A stretch of DNA of 64,000 bases from an uncultured beta proteobacterium (lineage in GTDB: Bacteria > Pseudomonadota > Gammaproteobacteria > Burkholderiales > SG8-39): positions 172,803-236,802 of the forward strand of contig CAWHBT010000016.1 in the NCBI GenBank assembly GCA_963827595.1, in the 5' to 3' direction. Under the pieces are notes generated by a model, which was given only the letters and a program-made list of their open reading frames with translations, had not been told where the DNA came from and made no database searches. Position numbers and translations under genes: made by a program. Below are positions 30,735 through 42,009 of this stretch, piece by piece (position 1 is the first letter of the stretch; every line of letters begins with the position of its first letter).

Positions 30735-31700
30735 TCAGTTCGCGGTGATTCCCCGCGCCTTGATGAGCTTCGCGAAGCGCTGCGCCTCGCTCGCGATGAA
30801 CTTTCCCGCTTCCTCGGGCGTGGTGATGAAGGCGTCGAACCCCTGTTCCTGGAACTTGTCCCGCACGTCCTTCGAGTTCAGGGCGTTCCTGAGGGCGGTG
30901 TTCAGCCGGGTCACCACCTCCGGCGGGGTACCCGCAGGGGCGAGCAGCACGAGCCACTGGGTGAACTGGAAATCCTTCACGCCGGCTTCCTGCAGGGTCG
31001 GCACGTCGGCGAGCTGCGCGGATCGCTTCGTGTCGGTGACCGCCAGCGCGCGCAGCGTTCCGGCCTTGACGTGCGGCAGTGCCGCCGACAGCGTCGGAAA
31101 GCTGAAGTCGACCTGCCCCCCGAGCGTGTCCATGAGGGCCGGCCCGCCACCGCGGTAGGGGACGTGCAGGATGAACGTCCCGGTCGCCTCCTTGAACATC
31201 TCCCCGCAGAAGTGGAAGGTCGTGCCGACGCCCGCCGAGGCGTAGCTCAGCTTGCCGGGCTTGGCGCGCGCGAGCCGTACCAGTTCCGCGACCGTGGTCG
31301 CCGGCACCTTGTTGTTGACCACGAGCACGTGCGGTGACGTGGCGACCATGCCGATCGGCGCGAAATCCTTGATCGGGTCCCAGGTGAGCTTGTCGAACAG
31401 GCTCTGGTTGGTGACGAGCGGGATGGTGTTCAGGACGATGATGTAGCCGTCCGGCTTCGCCCGCGCCGCGGCCTCCATCCCGATGTTGCCGGACGCCCCG
31501 CTCCGGTTCTCGATCACGATCCGCGTGCCGAGCTCGCTCGCGAGCGGTTCCGCGATCAGCCGCGCGGTGATGTCGACGCTGCCGCCTGGGGGGAACGGCG
31601 CGATCAGCCGGATCGGCTGACTGGGATAGGTCTGGGCCGCGAGCGGCGCGGCCAAGCCCAGAGCCGACAGCGCGCACAGCCCGCGCAGGATTGCTCGCAT
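30735..31700 (-). CDS. Bug-family (TctC-like) tripartite tricarboxylate transporter substrate-binding protein
   Basis: Signal peptide, then PIRLIAPFPPGGSVDITAR and ENRSGASGNIG motifs. Confidence 0.9.
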   Translation of the reverse strand: MRAILRGLCALSALGLAAPLAAQTYPSQPIRLIAPFPPGGSVDITARLIAEPLASELGTRIVIENRSGASGNIGMEAAARAKPDGYIIVLNTIPLVTNQSLFDKLTWDPIKDFAPIGMVATSPHVLVVNNKVPATTVAELVRLARAKPGKLSYASAGVGTTFHFCGEMFKEATGTFILHVPYRGGGPALMDTLGGQVDFSFPTLSAALPHVKAGTLRALAVTDTKRSAQLADVPTLQEAGVKDFQFTQWLVLLAPAGTPPEVVTRLNTALRNALNSKDVRDKFQEQGFDAFITTPEEAGKFIASEAQRFAKLIKARGITAN

Positions 31701-31710
31701 GATCTCCCCC

Positions 31711-32772
31711 TCACGACAGTCGCTCCAGAACCGCCTGACCGAACGCCTGGGTCCCGAGCGGCCCGCCGAGATCGCGGGTGCGGGTCACGGGCTTGCGCAT
31801 CAGGGCCGCCAGCGCCGCTTCGAGCGCCGCCTGCGCGCGCGCGAAGCTCTCCGCCGCGTGCCGCTCCCCCAGCCAGCCGAGGAGCATGCCCGCTGAGATT
31901 AGCAGAGAGCACGGGTTGGCGAGGTCCTTGCCGGCGATGTCGGGCGCCGAGCCGTGCTGCGCCTGGGCCATGGCGTGGACGTCGCCCGCGTTGAGCGAGC
32001 CGGCGAGGCCGAGGCTGCCCGAGAGCTCGGCGGCCTCGTCCGAGAGAATGTCGCCGTACATGTTGGTCGTCACGACGACGTCGAAGCGGGCTGCGTCGCG
32101 CACCAGCGCCGCCGCCATCGAGTCGACCAGCTGCTCCTCGTAGGCGACGTCGCCGAACTCCGCGGCGACCGCCCGCACCTCGCGCAGGAACAGCCCTTCG
32201 GTCACCTTGAGGACGTTCGACTTGTGCACCGCGGTCACCTTGCGCCGGCGCTGCCGCGCGAGGCGAAATGCGGTCTGGGCGATGCGGCGCGACGCGTGCG
32301 CGCTGATCTTGCGCACCGACAGCGCGAGGTCCGGCGTCGGCATGAACTCCCCGACGCCCTGGTGCATGTTGCGATCGGCGTAGAAGCCCTCGGTGTTCTC
32401 GCGCACGATCACGAGGTCCATCGGCGTGCGGCCCCAGTGGGCGATCCCTTCGTAGGACCGGCTCGGCCGCACGTTGGCGTAGAGGTCGAGCGCGATGCGC
32501 AGCTCACCCGACGGATTGCGCCCGCCCTGCGCGCGCGGCGGATAGTCGAGATGAGAGACCGGACCGAGGATGCAACCCTCGGCGGCGGAGCAGGCCGCGA
32601 GGACCGGCTCGGGAAACGTGCTGCCGCTGCGCTTCAGGCTTGCGAGGCCGACCTCGTGAGTCTCGAAGCGCAGATCGAGCGCGAAGCGCCGGTCGAGCCG
32701 TTCGAGAACCTCGACGGTGACCGCCGTGATCTCTGGACCGATGCCGTCGCCGGGGAGAACGGGGATCTGCAT
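31711..32772 (-). CDS. isocitrate/isopropylmalate dehydrogenase-family oxidative decarboxylase (tartrate/3-IPM DH-like)
   Basis: MQIPVLPGDGIGPEI N-terminus, VRENTEGFY and NMYGDILSDEAAELSGSLGL motifs. Confidence 0.85.
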   Translation of the reverse strand: MQIPVLPGDGIGPEITAVTVEVLERLDRRFALDLRFETHEVGLASLKRSGSTFPEPVLAACSAAEGCILGPVSHLDYPPRAQGGRNPSGELRIALDLYANVRPSRSYEGIAHWGRTPMDLVIVRENTEGFYADRNMHQGVGEFMPTPDLALSVRKISAHASRRIAQTAFRLARQRRRKVTAVHKSNVLKVTEGLFLREVRAVAAEFGDVAYEEQLVDSMAAALVRDAARFDVVVTTNMYGDILSDEAAELSGSLGLAGSLNAGDVHAMAQAQHGSAPDIAGKDLANPCSLLISAGMLLGWLGERHAAESFARAQAALEAALAALMRKPVTRTRDLGGPLGTQAFGQAVLERLS

Positions 32773-32874
32773 GGCGCCTCGCCATGATAGCGGCGATGCA
32801 GTCGCTCGATCGAGCGCACCGCGCGCCGTCCCCGGCGCTCCCGGATCACGCGCCAGGATGGTCGCCCAGAGAAG

Positions 32875-32900
32875 GCTCTGATCCGGGGGATCAGAGCTTT
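32875..32900. terminator. perfect 10-bp hairpin (GCTCTGATCC-GGG-GGATCAGAGC) followed by TTT
   Basis: Seen directly. It lies 19 nt downstream of the small minus-strand ORF 32919-33059 and upstream of the IDH-family gene, so it is a possible (bidirectional) terminator and island boundary. Confidence 0.4.
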
Positions 32901-32918
32901 CCCGTGGGCTGCTGCGCC

Positions 32919-33059
32919 CTACTTGCGGGCGTCAGCCAGGCACTTCTCCTTCTCGGCGCCCGTCAGCTTGTCGCACTTCGCGGGGTCACCTTGCGCGTAC
33001 GCGCCCGCCACGAAACCGGCAAACAGGGTGGCCAACAACGCTTTGAGGAAGATCCGCAT
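32919..33059 (-). CDS. 46-aa secreted Cys-motif peptide
   Basis: Not in the ORF track (<60 aa). SD AAGGAG 7 nt before the ATG. MRIFLKALLATLFAGFVAGAYA|QGDPAKCDKLTGAEKEKCLADARK has a clear signal peptide and the same C-x2-L-[ST]-G-x5-C motif as 50113-50646. Confidence 0.5.
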   Translation of the reverse strand: MRIFLKALLATLFAGFVAGAYAQGDPAKCDKLTGAEKEKCLADARK

Positions 33060-33197
33060 TGCATCACTCCTTTCCCATTCTTACCGCACAATGTAGAACT
33101 TGCTCGGATCGGGGCGCCAACGGCGTCCCGGGTTTGCCCTCGCACCGGCGCTGGCCCTGGAGCGGCGCGCGCACAACCGAGAAGGCCACGGACCTTA

Positions 33198-33213
33198 TGC
33201 AATTGGTATGCCA
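33198..33213 (-). promoter_or_regulatory. putative sigma54 -24/-12 promoter
   Basis: Minus strand 5'-TGGCATACCAATTGCA-3' (GG-N10-GC). The -12 GC lies ~140 nt upstream of ATG 33059. Confidence 0.5.
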
Positions 33214-33302
33214 ACGTCCGTCACCGTGATCTCACCCAAGTAGATCTGATCCACGCGGCGTTTCCTGTCGGGCTGCGGCGACGGTCGCCGCTCGAGCTGC
33301 GC

Positions 33303-35621
<2,319 letters not shown>

Positions 35622-35848
35622 CGTCCGCTGCACCCTGGTGTCGCGCGTCCTCGATCGGCGCCACTGCCGGTGAGTGCGCCCCGCGGGCTCCGCCACAACG
35701 GACCCACGCCGGATGCTACGCCGGGGGAGTCCCCGGTGCAGGCGAGGCAGCGGCGGCAAGGGCGCGTCGACGGCGGTCCTTCTGTGCAACGGCACTTCGC
35801 AGAACGAGGCGCCGACCGAAGCGGTCCCGCCGCCGCCTTTCAACCCGC

Positions 35849-35864
35849 AGCACATCGCGTGCCC
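35849..35864 (-). promoter_or_regulatory. putative sigma54 promoter (long leader to the kinase gene)
   Basis: Minus strand 5'-GGGCACGCGATGTGCT-3'. Divergent from the promoter at 35966. The -12 GC lies ~229 nt upstream of ATG 35621. Confidence 0.4.
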
Positions 35865-35893
35865 TGCCGCGGGTGTTGGACGCTGCCATGCGT

Positions 35894-35924
35894 GCAACTC
35901 TTGCAATCCCAGCGCAACGTTTAC
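35894..35924. promoter_or_regulatory. paired candidate activator sites (UAS)
   Basis: GCAACTCTTGC (35894) and GCAACGTTTAC-CGCG (35914), centres 20 bp apart and 48 and 68 bp upstream of the GG of the 35966 promoter. Confidence 0.45.
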
Positions 35925-35965
35925 CGCGGCACCGCCTTCAGTGCCACCTGCCCCGCCAACGGCGG

Positions 35966-35981
35966 GGGCACGCGCATTGCG
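35966..35981 (+). promoter_or_regulatory. putative sigma54 -24/-12 promoter
   Basis: 5'-GGGCACGCGCATTGCG-3', exact GGCAC-N5-TTGC. The -12 GC is 53 nt before ATG 36033. Confidence 0.65.
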
Positions 35982-36032
35982 TGGCGTCAGGTGCAATGGC
36001 CCTTCGCCAACCTTTGATAGAGGAACCATGCG

Positions 36033-36407
36033 ATGCTGAAGAAGACCCTTATGGCGACGATCGTTAGTGCCGCCCTGGCGAGCGGCTCCGCGCTGGCGCA
36101 GTCGGCCTCGGAGCGCAGCCCGAGCGATGGCCGCAGCGGCGGTACCGGTGTGCCTTCCGCGGTCAGCGGCGCGACGCCTTCAGTCGGCGCGGACGAGCAC
36201 GTTTGGCGTGATTCCTGGCGCTACGACAGTCGGGTGATGCCATACAGCCTCACGGACGGCCGCAGCGGGGGCGCCGGAGTGCCTTCCAGCGTGAACGGCG
36301 CCGTGCCCTCGACGACGCCGACCGAAGACCTCGGCCGGCTGAACGCGGGTAACCACGCCAGCGTGCAGCAGTCCTCGGTGTTCGCCCCGGACCGCTTCGC
36401 GCAATAG
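36033..36407 (+). CDS. secreted hypothetical protein with internal repeat
   Basis: SD GAGGA. Signal peptide MLKKTLMATIVSAALASGSALA|Q. Two copies of DGRSGG[TA]GVPS[AS]V[SN]GA[TV]PS. No family recognised. Confidence 0.6.
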   Translation: MLKKTLMATIVSAALASGSALAQSASERSPSDGRSGGTGVPSAVSGATPSVGADEHVWRDSWRYDSRVMPYSLTDGRSGGAGVPSSVNGAVPSTTPTEDLGRLNAGNHASVQQSSVFAPDRFAQ

Positions 36408-36422
36408 CGTTCGTCTCCAAAA

Positions 36423-36461
36423 GAGCAAAGAGTCTGGCAGCGTCTCGCCAGGCTCTTGCTC
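36423..36461 (+). terminator. long imperfect hairpin downstream of 36033-36407
   Basis: GAGCAAAGAGTCTGGC-agcgtctc-GCCAGGCTCTTGCTC (~15 bp stem, one bulge). Weak T tract (CGTTAT). Confidence 0.45.
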
Positions 36462-36511
36462 GTTATGGGTCGCCCCGGCGCGGGTAGCCGGTAACTCTTA
36501 CGCGCCGGGAC

Positions 36512-36527
36512 CGGGCACGAAGTGTGC
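36512..36527 (+). promoter_or_regulatory. putative sigma54 promoter
   Basis: 5'-GGGCACGAAGTGTGCG-3' (GG-N10-GC, -12 element GTGC). The -12 GC is 41 nt before ATG 36567. A GTAACTCTTACGCG motif sits at 36490-36503. Confidence 0.45.
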
Positions 36528-36566
36528 GCGTGACACGACCGTGCGCCCGGACGCGACGCGGTACGG

Positions 36567-37328
36567 ATGACCCAAAGCCACGGCCAGGTCGGGCCGACGG
36601 TCGTCGCCACGTACAACATCCACCGCGCGATCGGCCGCGACGGTGCTTTCGATCCTGCCCGCGTCGCCGAGGTCCTGGCCGAGATCGATCCCCACGTCAT
36701 CGCGCTCCAGGAGGTCCAGAGCGGGGCCGCGGGCCGCGACCTGATCCAGCTCTGCCGCGAGCGGCTCGGGGCCGAGGCGATCAGCGGGGTCACGATGCTG
36801 CGTAAGGACGCGGAGTACGGCAACGCGATCCTCACGCGCCATCCGGTGCTCGCGGTGGCGCGCCTCGACCTAAGCGTGCCCCCGCACGAGCCGCGCGGTG
36901 CGCTCGACGTGCGGCTCGACTGCGCCGGCCGGCCGCTTCGCGTCGTCGCCACCCATCTCGGTCTCTGGCCCTACGAGCGGCGGTGGCAGGTGCGGCAGCT
37001 GCTCGCGTTGCTCGATGACGGGGACGATCTCCCGACCGTGTTGCTGGGCGATCTCAACGAATGGTGGCTATGGGGGCGGCCCGTACGCTGGCTGCATGCG
37101 CAGTTCCGGCGGACACCGGCGCCGCCGACCTTCCCGTCCCGCCTGCCGGTGTTCGCGCTCGACCGGCTGTGGGTCCGGCCGCGCAGCCTGCTGCAACGAC
37201 TGACGGTGCATAGGAGCCCGCTCGCGCGGATCGCCTCCGACCATCTGCCGCTGGTCGCGACGCTCGACGGCTCAAGCGGCGAGCAGCACCAGAGCGCTCG
37301 CCGCGACGCTCGTGGCGAGACCCCTTAG
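36567..37328 (+). CDS. endonuclease/exonuclease/phosphatase (EEP) family protein
   Basis: VATYNIHRAIG, VIALQEV, GDLNEW and a C-terminal SDHLPLVA, the hallmarks of the EEP fold. Confidence 0.8.
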   Translation: MTQSHGQVGPTVVATYNIHRAIGRDGAFDPARVAEVLAEIDPHVIALQEVQSGAAGRDLIQLCRERLGAEAISGVTMLRKDAEYGNAILTRHPVLAVARLDLSVPPHEPRGALDVRLDCAGRPLRVVATHLGLWPYERRWQVRQLLALLDDGDDLPTVLLGDLNEWWLWGRPVRWLHAQFRRTPAPPTFPSRLPVFALDRLWVRPRSLLQRLTVHRSPLARIASDHLPLVATLDGSSGEQHQSARRDARGETP

Positions 37329-37390
37329 CGCGGCGCGTGCGAGGAGCACCGAGAAGTCCATGATGGTCGAGATACGATCGCGATCAGGGG

Positions 37391-37891
37391 TCATGCGCTC
37401 GCGCGTCGGTCCCGATCCGCGCGCGCCGGTTGTTGCTCCAGGTACTCCTTCAGGGCGGCGAGCATCACCTTCCAGTTCGCCGCGGAATGATCGCGCGCCT
37501 CATCGGTCGGATTGTTGTCTTGCGCAAGCAAGACGCGAGTCTGGTTTCCCTCGCCCCACAATTCGATGGTCACGCTGTGGTAGCTCTCCGGCTTGTCGGG
37601 CAGCCCGGACCTCGGGCTGAAGTGACTGTAGCGAATCGATCTTCCCGGTTCGATCCGCAGGACCACGCCCTTGTCGGCGAATGGCTTGCCCTGCCACTCC
37701 CCTTTCCAGACGATTGGGCTTCCCTCGCGCCAGTCCGTGACGACATCCGTCCCGAACATGTACTGCTTGATCGCTTTGGGATTCACGAGCGCCTCCCAGA
37801 CCCGGTCGCCGGGAGCATTGATCGTGACCGCAGCCCTGGCGATCAGATTGTCCATGCGTCGCTCCTCGGTCGGGGATTTCACGTTTGTCAT
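37391..37891 (-). CDS. SRPBCC / AHSA1 (activator of Hsp90 ATPase-like) domain protein
   Basis: 166 aa from MTNVK. INAPGDRVWEALVNPKAIKQYMFG...SIRYSHF...TIELWGEGNQTRV is typical of the AHSA1/START-like fold. Its start overlaps the upstream stop (ATGA). Confidence 0.7.
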   Translation of the reverse strand: MTNVKSPTEERRMDNLIARAAVTINAPGDRVWEALVNPKAIKQYMFGTDVVTDWREGSPIVWKGEWQGKPFADKGVVLRIEPGRSIRYSHFSPRSGLPDKPESYHSVTIELWGEGNQTRVLLAQDNNPTDEARDHSAANWKVMLAALKEYLEQQPARADRDRRASA

Positions 37892-38520
37892 GACGGCGTC
37901 CGGTCGGGTGAAACATCCTGCAGCGCCTGCTGCACGACGCGGCGCAGGCGCTCCGTCTCGCCGAGCACCTTGCGCGCATAGCGGTTCTCGTCGTCGTCCT
38001 GCCAACCCGCGTAGCGCTGCAGGCCGGCTCGCAGATTTCCCGTCTTGCGCAGGTATTCCTTGAGGATCTGGGTGCCGACGAGCACGTTGACCCGCGGATC
38101 GGCGAGCGCCGCCTCGCCGCCGTGCTCGACGAGCTTCTCGCGGTGAAAGCGCGGCACCACCTGCATCAGTCCGCGCGCGCCGAACCCGCTGCGCGCCGCC
38201 GGATTGAAGCTCGACTCGACAGCCATGACCGCCAGGACGAGCAACGGGTCGAGATCGAACTCGGCCGCAGCGGCGTGCGCCTCGTCGACGAACACCCGTG
38301 TGTCCTCGCGCTCGACCCGATACCGGTCCGAGAGATAGGCGACGAGCGCCGCGCGGCGCGGGTCCGGCGCGGGCGGCAACTCGAGCAACTCGATTGTGAT
38401 CTCCTTGATCGGCGGGCCTTGCAGCGTGAACGTCCGGGCACCGCTGAGCGTGAAGACGGCGATGGCCGCGAGCACGCAGGCGGCAAGCGTCCGGCCGAGG
38501 GTGTCCTCGGTCAGGTTCAT
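37888..38520 (-). CDS. lytic transglycosylase (SLT domain) with N-terminal TM anchor
   Basis: AVMAVESSFNPAARSGFGARGLMQV catalytic block. Start taken at MNLTEDT (38520), but in-frame starts exist up to 38601. Confidence 0.8.
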   Translation of the reverse strand: MNLTEDTLGRTLAACVLAAIAVFTLSGARTFTLQGPPIKEITIELLELPPAPDPRRAALVAYLSDRYRVEREDTRVFVDEAHAAAAEFDLDPLLVLAVMAVESSFNPAARSGFGARGLMQVVPRFHREKLVEHGGEAALADPRVNVLVGTQILKEYLRKTGNLRAGLQRYAGWQDDDENRYARKVLGETERLRRVVQQALQDVSPDRTPS

Positions 38521-38681
38521 GCCTTCAAGCCGCACGCCGCTTGACGGCATAGCTGCCCGGCGCCACATGGTCAGGCTCCTATTGCAGAAATCGCTTCTCA
38601 AAGGGGCTTGTCGTGCCGGCGGTCACTCTCGTTCCCGCTTGCGCGGCAGGCGCCGTACTGCGGTGCTGCTGGCCGGACCAC

Positions 38682-38697
38682 TGCAACTGCCGTACCA
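38682..38697 (-). promoter_or_regulatory. putative sigma54 promoter
   Basis: Minus strand 5'-TGGTACGGCAGTTGCA-3' (GG-N10-GC, perfect TTGCA -12). Upstream of the SLT-SRPBCC operon. Confidence 0.45.
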
Positions 38698-38755
38698 GGC
38701 CGCGCTGCCTTCAGGAATCAAGGGGTTGCTGCGATAGCAGAGAAAATCGCCGCGT

Positions 38756-38788
38756 GTAACGCTTACCGGACACGGGTAAGAGAGGTAC
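38756..38788. promoter_or_regulatory. paired candidate activator sites
   Basis: GTAACGCTTAC-CGG (38756) and GTAAGAGAGGTAC (38776), centres ~21 bp apart and 65 and 86 bp upstream of the 38696 GG. Confidence 0.35.
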
Positions 38789-38838
38789 ATCGGTCGCAGC
38801 GGCCGGCACGCCGGCCCCGGGCCCACGCCCCTTAGGGA

Positions 38839-41800
38839 CTAGTTGCGGGAGTCCGCCCGCGGGATGGATGCCACGGTCCGCCCCGACGGACCGTAGCCGA
38901 TCAGCGCCTGGATCGCGGTGACGAGTCGATCCGCATCAACCGGCTTGCCGACGCGGTCCTGGAACCCGGCCACGCGGAGCCGTTGTCGGTCGACCTGGGT
39001 AAACGCCGTCACCGCGATCGCGGGCACGCGCTCGACGCCGCGCTCGCCCTCCATCGACCGCACGCGCGCAAGAACGGCGAATCCGTCCTCGTCCGGCATC
39101 GCGAGATCGAGCAACAGCACGTCGGGACGGCTCCCGGGAAACAGTTCGTCCAGTCGGGCGAGGAGCGCCTCGCCCGACGCGAAAAGCTCGACGCTCGCAC
39201 CCGCCTGCCGGAGCACGAGTCCGACGGTGTCGCGCGCATCAGGATCGTCGTCCACGAGGAACACGCCGAACCCGGTCAGACGCCCCGGGGCATGCACGCG
39301 CTCGGGCGCTGCCGGCACCCGCTCGGCCTCCACGCCGGGAGGCGGTACCGGCAGGTCGACGCTGAAGGTGGCGCCCCGACCCGGACCCTCGCTTTCGGCG
39401 CGGGCCTCGCCACCGTGCAGCTCGATGATGTTTCGCACCAGCGCGAGACCGATCCCGAGCCCGCCCGCGCGGCGGGTGGTCGAGGTATCGGCCTGCGTGA
39501 ACCGTTCGAAAACGTGCGGCAGGAACTCCGGCGCGATCCCCGCACCGTTGTCGCGCACCGCGAGCCGGATGCGGTCGCCGACGCGCCGCACCGCGGTCTC
39601 GATCATGCCGTCCTGCGGCGTGAACTTGATCGCGTTCGACAGCAGATTCGTGAGCACCTGCTGCAGACGGACCGGGTCGCCGTCGACCGTGATCCGCGGC
39701 TGGCCGAGCGTCGCGCGCAGCTCGATCCGCTTCGCGGCGGCGGCCGGCCGGGCGATCTCGATCGCGGCGTGCACGACGTCGACCAGGTTGATGGCGTGCC
39801 GCTCGAGGGTGAGCTTGCCGCTCATGCTCCGCGAGGTATCCAGGATGTCGTCGATGAGCCGTGCCTGGTGCTCGACGTTGCGCTTGATCGCGGCGGTGGC
39901 GCGCTCGAGGAGGCCCGCCTCGAGCGGCCGGGTGCTCGCGAGCAGGTGGCCCCACCCGCGCAGCGCATTGAGCGGCGAGCGCAGCTCGTGCGAGACGATC
40001 GCGAGAAACTCATCCTTCGCGCGATTGGCGCGTTCGGCTTCCTCCCGCAGCTGCTGCTCCTCGGCGACCAGGATCTCGAGCTCGCGCTCGGCCCGCTTGC
40101 GCTCGGTGATATCGGTGGCCACGCCGACGAGCCCCACGATGCGGCCCTGCTCGTCGCGCAGCGGCGACTTCGTGGTGAGATAGGTCCGCGAGCCGACAGC
40201 ACCAGGGAAGACTTCCTCCACGGTGAGCGATTGGCCCGATTCGATGACGACCCGGTCGTGCTCGGCCTTCGCCCGCCCTGCCTCGAGGTCGGTGGCGAGC
40301 TCGAGGCTGCTCCGGCCGAGAAGCTCGCGCTCTTCCTTGCCGGTGGCGCGCACGTACGCCGCGTTCACCATCAGCAGCCGACCCTCGACGTCCTTGGCAA
40401 AGATGAGCTCCGACGTGCTCGCGGTGATCGTGCCGAGGAGGTGGGTGCGCTCGCGCAGCGCGGCGGTCGCCTGCTCCAGCGCCGCCGTGCGCTCGATCAC
40501 GCGGGCGTCGAGCTCGACGTAGGCGCGGCGCATGGCGCGCTCGGCGACCCGGCGCTGGGACGCGTCGTGAACGATGAGCACCGCGCCGGTGAACTCCCCG
40601 CGCGGATCGCGGATCGGCGCCGCGCTGAGATCGACCGGATGCAACCGCCCTTCCGCGACCCGGAGCGCCGGCTCGCCCTCGCCGAGCGCGATCTCGCCCG
40701 ACTGCAGCGCGCGGTCGAGGGGCGACTCGGTCTCCATCCCGGTGTGCTCGTCGACGACGTGCAGCAGCTCGCCGACGGCGCGTCCGACGGCGGCGGCCTC
40801 GGAGCAGCCAGTCAGTCGTTGCGCAGCGGTGTTCAAGAACCTGACTCGCCCGGAGCGGTCGGTGGCGATCACGCCGTCGCCGATGCTCGCGAGGACGACC
40901 CGGAGCGACTCGCGCTGGGCGCGGGCGTCGTCCTCGGCACGTTGGCGCCGGGTGTTCATGCGATCGACCTCGCGGGCGACCCAGAGCGTGAGCGCCCCGA
41001 GCCCGGCGATCGTCAACAGCACGAGCATGCCCTGGCCCAGCGGCTCGTCCACGGCGCCGTAGTACTGCCCCGCCAGCTGGAGCAGATGCGCGACGATCGG
41101 GACGACGATCGCCGCCGGCAGGAGCCAGCGGCTCATCACCGCGCCCGGCCGCTCGCTCGACAGCAGGTCGAGCAGCCACGCGTCCGGGCGCGCGGCGAGC
41201 AGGCTCGTGCCGAGCAGCAGGAAGGCGATCGCGCTCGGCAGCCCCATCCCGAAGAGCGGCGCGACGCCGTACAGCAGCAGCAGGCGGAAGCTGAGCCCGA
41301 CGAGGGCAAGGCTCGCGATCGCAACGATCGCGCCCGCTATCACGCGGTGCGCCAACTCGACCCGGCGCGCCGCGAGGGGCGAGAGCACGATCCCGGCCGC
41401 AACCAGCAGGAAGGTCGCCGCGGTGACCTCCGGCATCAGCCTGGGGATGTCGGCGTTGCCCCCCAGCCCCAGAAACCCGAGATCCAGTCCGGTCTGGATC
41501 CCCAGGACGTGGCCGGCGAGCATCAGCGCCGCGATCGCGGCTACAACGCCGGCGCCGATCCGCGCCCGACGCTGCGCCGGCTCGGTGCGCCGCCACGCGG
41601 CGGCCAGCGCCCAGCTCGCGATCAGGAACGACAACGCGGTGGACAGCTGCGCCGAAGGGAAGTCGGCGCCGAACGTCCGCAGGAACTCCAAGTCGATCAG
41701 CCAGCCGGCGACGACGCCGAGCATGATCGCCGCGACCAGCGCGTTGCCGACGCGGGCGAGCGTCGCCAGCGCCCGGCGCGTCGCCGCCTCGCGCTCCGTC

Positions 41801-41886
41801 AGCGGCCTTGCCGTCGCGCCGGTGCGATTGGCCGACGACACGGTCTCGGGTGCAGACGCGGGGTCGCTGGGGACGGCGTTCGGCAT
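38839..41886 (-). CDS. membrane-bound hybrid sensor histidine kinase (multi-TM sensor, 3 PAS, HisKA, HATPase_c, receiver)
   Basis: 1015 aa with ~8 predicted TM helices at the N-terminus. H-box FLAIVSHELRSPLNAL, NLLSNAIKFT, DNGAGI, GLGIGLALV, receiver VFLVDDDPDARD...LLLDLAMPDEDG...KP. Confidence 0.85.
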   Translation of the reverse strand: MPNAVPSDPASAPETVSSANRTGATARPLTEREAATRRALATLARVGNALVAAIMLGVVAGWLIDLEFLRTFGADFPSAQLSTALSFLIASWALAAAWRRTEPAQRRARIGAGVVAAIAALMLAGHVLGIQTGLDLGFLGLGGNADIPRLMPEVTAATFLLVAAGIVLSPLAARRVELAHRVIAGAIVAIASLALVGLSFRLLLLYGVAPLFGMGLPSAIAFLLLGTSLLAARPDAWLLDLLSSERPGAVMSRWLLPAAIVVPIVAHLLQLAGQYYGAVDEPLGQGMLVLLTIAGLGALTLWVAREVDRMNTRRQRAEDDARAQRESLRVVLASIGDGVIATDRSGRVRFLNTAAQRLTGCSEAAAVGRAVGELLHVVDEHTGMETESPLDRALQSGEIALGEGEPALRVAEGRLHPVDLSAAPIRDPRGEFTGAVLIVHDASQRRVAERAMRRAYVELDARVIERTAALEQATAALRERTHLLGTITASTSELIFAKDVEGRLLMVNAAYVRATGKEERELLGRSSLELATDLEAGRAKAEHDRVVIESGQSLTVEEVFPGAVGSRTYLTTKSPLRDEQGRIVGLVGVATDITERKRAERELEILVAEEQQLREEAERANRAKDEFLAIVSHELRSPLNALRGWGHLLASTRPLEAGLLERATAAIKRNVEHQARLIDDILDTSRSMSGKLTLERHAINLVDVVHAAIEIARPAAAAKRIELRATLGQPRITVDGDPVRLQQVLTNLLSNAIKFTPQDGMIETAVRRVGDRIRLAVRDNGAGIAPEFLPHVFERFTQADTSTTRRAGGLGIGLALVRNIIELHGGEARAESEGPGRGATFSVDLPVPPPGVEAERVPAAPERVHAPGRLTGFGVFLVDDDPDARDTVGLVLRQAGASVELFASGEALLARLDELFPGSRPDVLLLDLAMPDEDGFAVLARVRSMEGERGVERVPAIAVTAFTQVDRQRLRVAGFQDRVGKPVDADRLVTAIQALIGYGPSGRTVASIPRADSRN

Positions 41887-41910
41887 ACCGGAGTGATTCG
41901 TAAGGTCCTA

Positions 41911-41927
41911 AGCAGGAGTTATACCAG
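41911..41927 (-). promoter_or_regulatory. weak sigma54-like element
   Basis: Minus strand 5'-TGGTATAACTCCTGCT-3'. The -12 GC is only ~26 nt before ATG 41886 and there is no SD, so support is low. Confidence 0.25.
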
Positions 41928-41979
41928 CCTGGGAGGGGCCCACGCGTGCGGCGGAGCACCATGGCCGGCGCGCGGCGAC

Positions 41980-41995
41980 GGGCATGCGGCTTGCG
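41980..41995 (+). promoter_or_regulatory. putative sigma54 promoter
   Basis: 5'-GGGCATGCGGCTTGCG-3', near-identical to the ferritin promoter core at 55980 (GGCACGCGGCTTGC). Caveat: the -12 GC is only 16 nt before the annotated asmA ATG. Confidence 0.4.
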
Positions 41996-42009
41996 GTTCC
42001 GGAGCAGCG

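Noticed and set aside
37270-37360. 29-aa hydrophobic minus-strand ORF (MDFSVLLARAALRGLATSVAASALVLLAA) between the EEP and SRPBCC genes.
   Set aside because: It has no SD and overlaps the EEP gene's 3' end. It is too short and compositionally ordinary to support.
38801-38820. CCGGCACGCCGGCCCCGG downstream of the motif pair at 38756.
   Set aside because: It has a GGCAC -24-like element but CC instead of GC at the -12 position. It also points at the 3' end of a convergent gene.
38608-38835. Two ORFs of 67-75 aa (38608-38835 plus strand, 38623-38826 minus strand) in the kinase/SLT intergenic region.
   Set aside because: They have poor GC3, no SD and no recognisable motif. The region is better explained as a regulatory region (promoter plus motif pair).
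38983-42009. The 5' two-thirds of the 1656-aa plus-strand ORF 38983-43953.
   Set aside because: Only the part from ATG 42010 (AsmA-like, with an N-terminal TM anchor) looks like protein. The upstream part is antisense to the hybrid kinase 38839-41886 and reads as Arg/Asp/Gly-rich nonsense.
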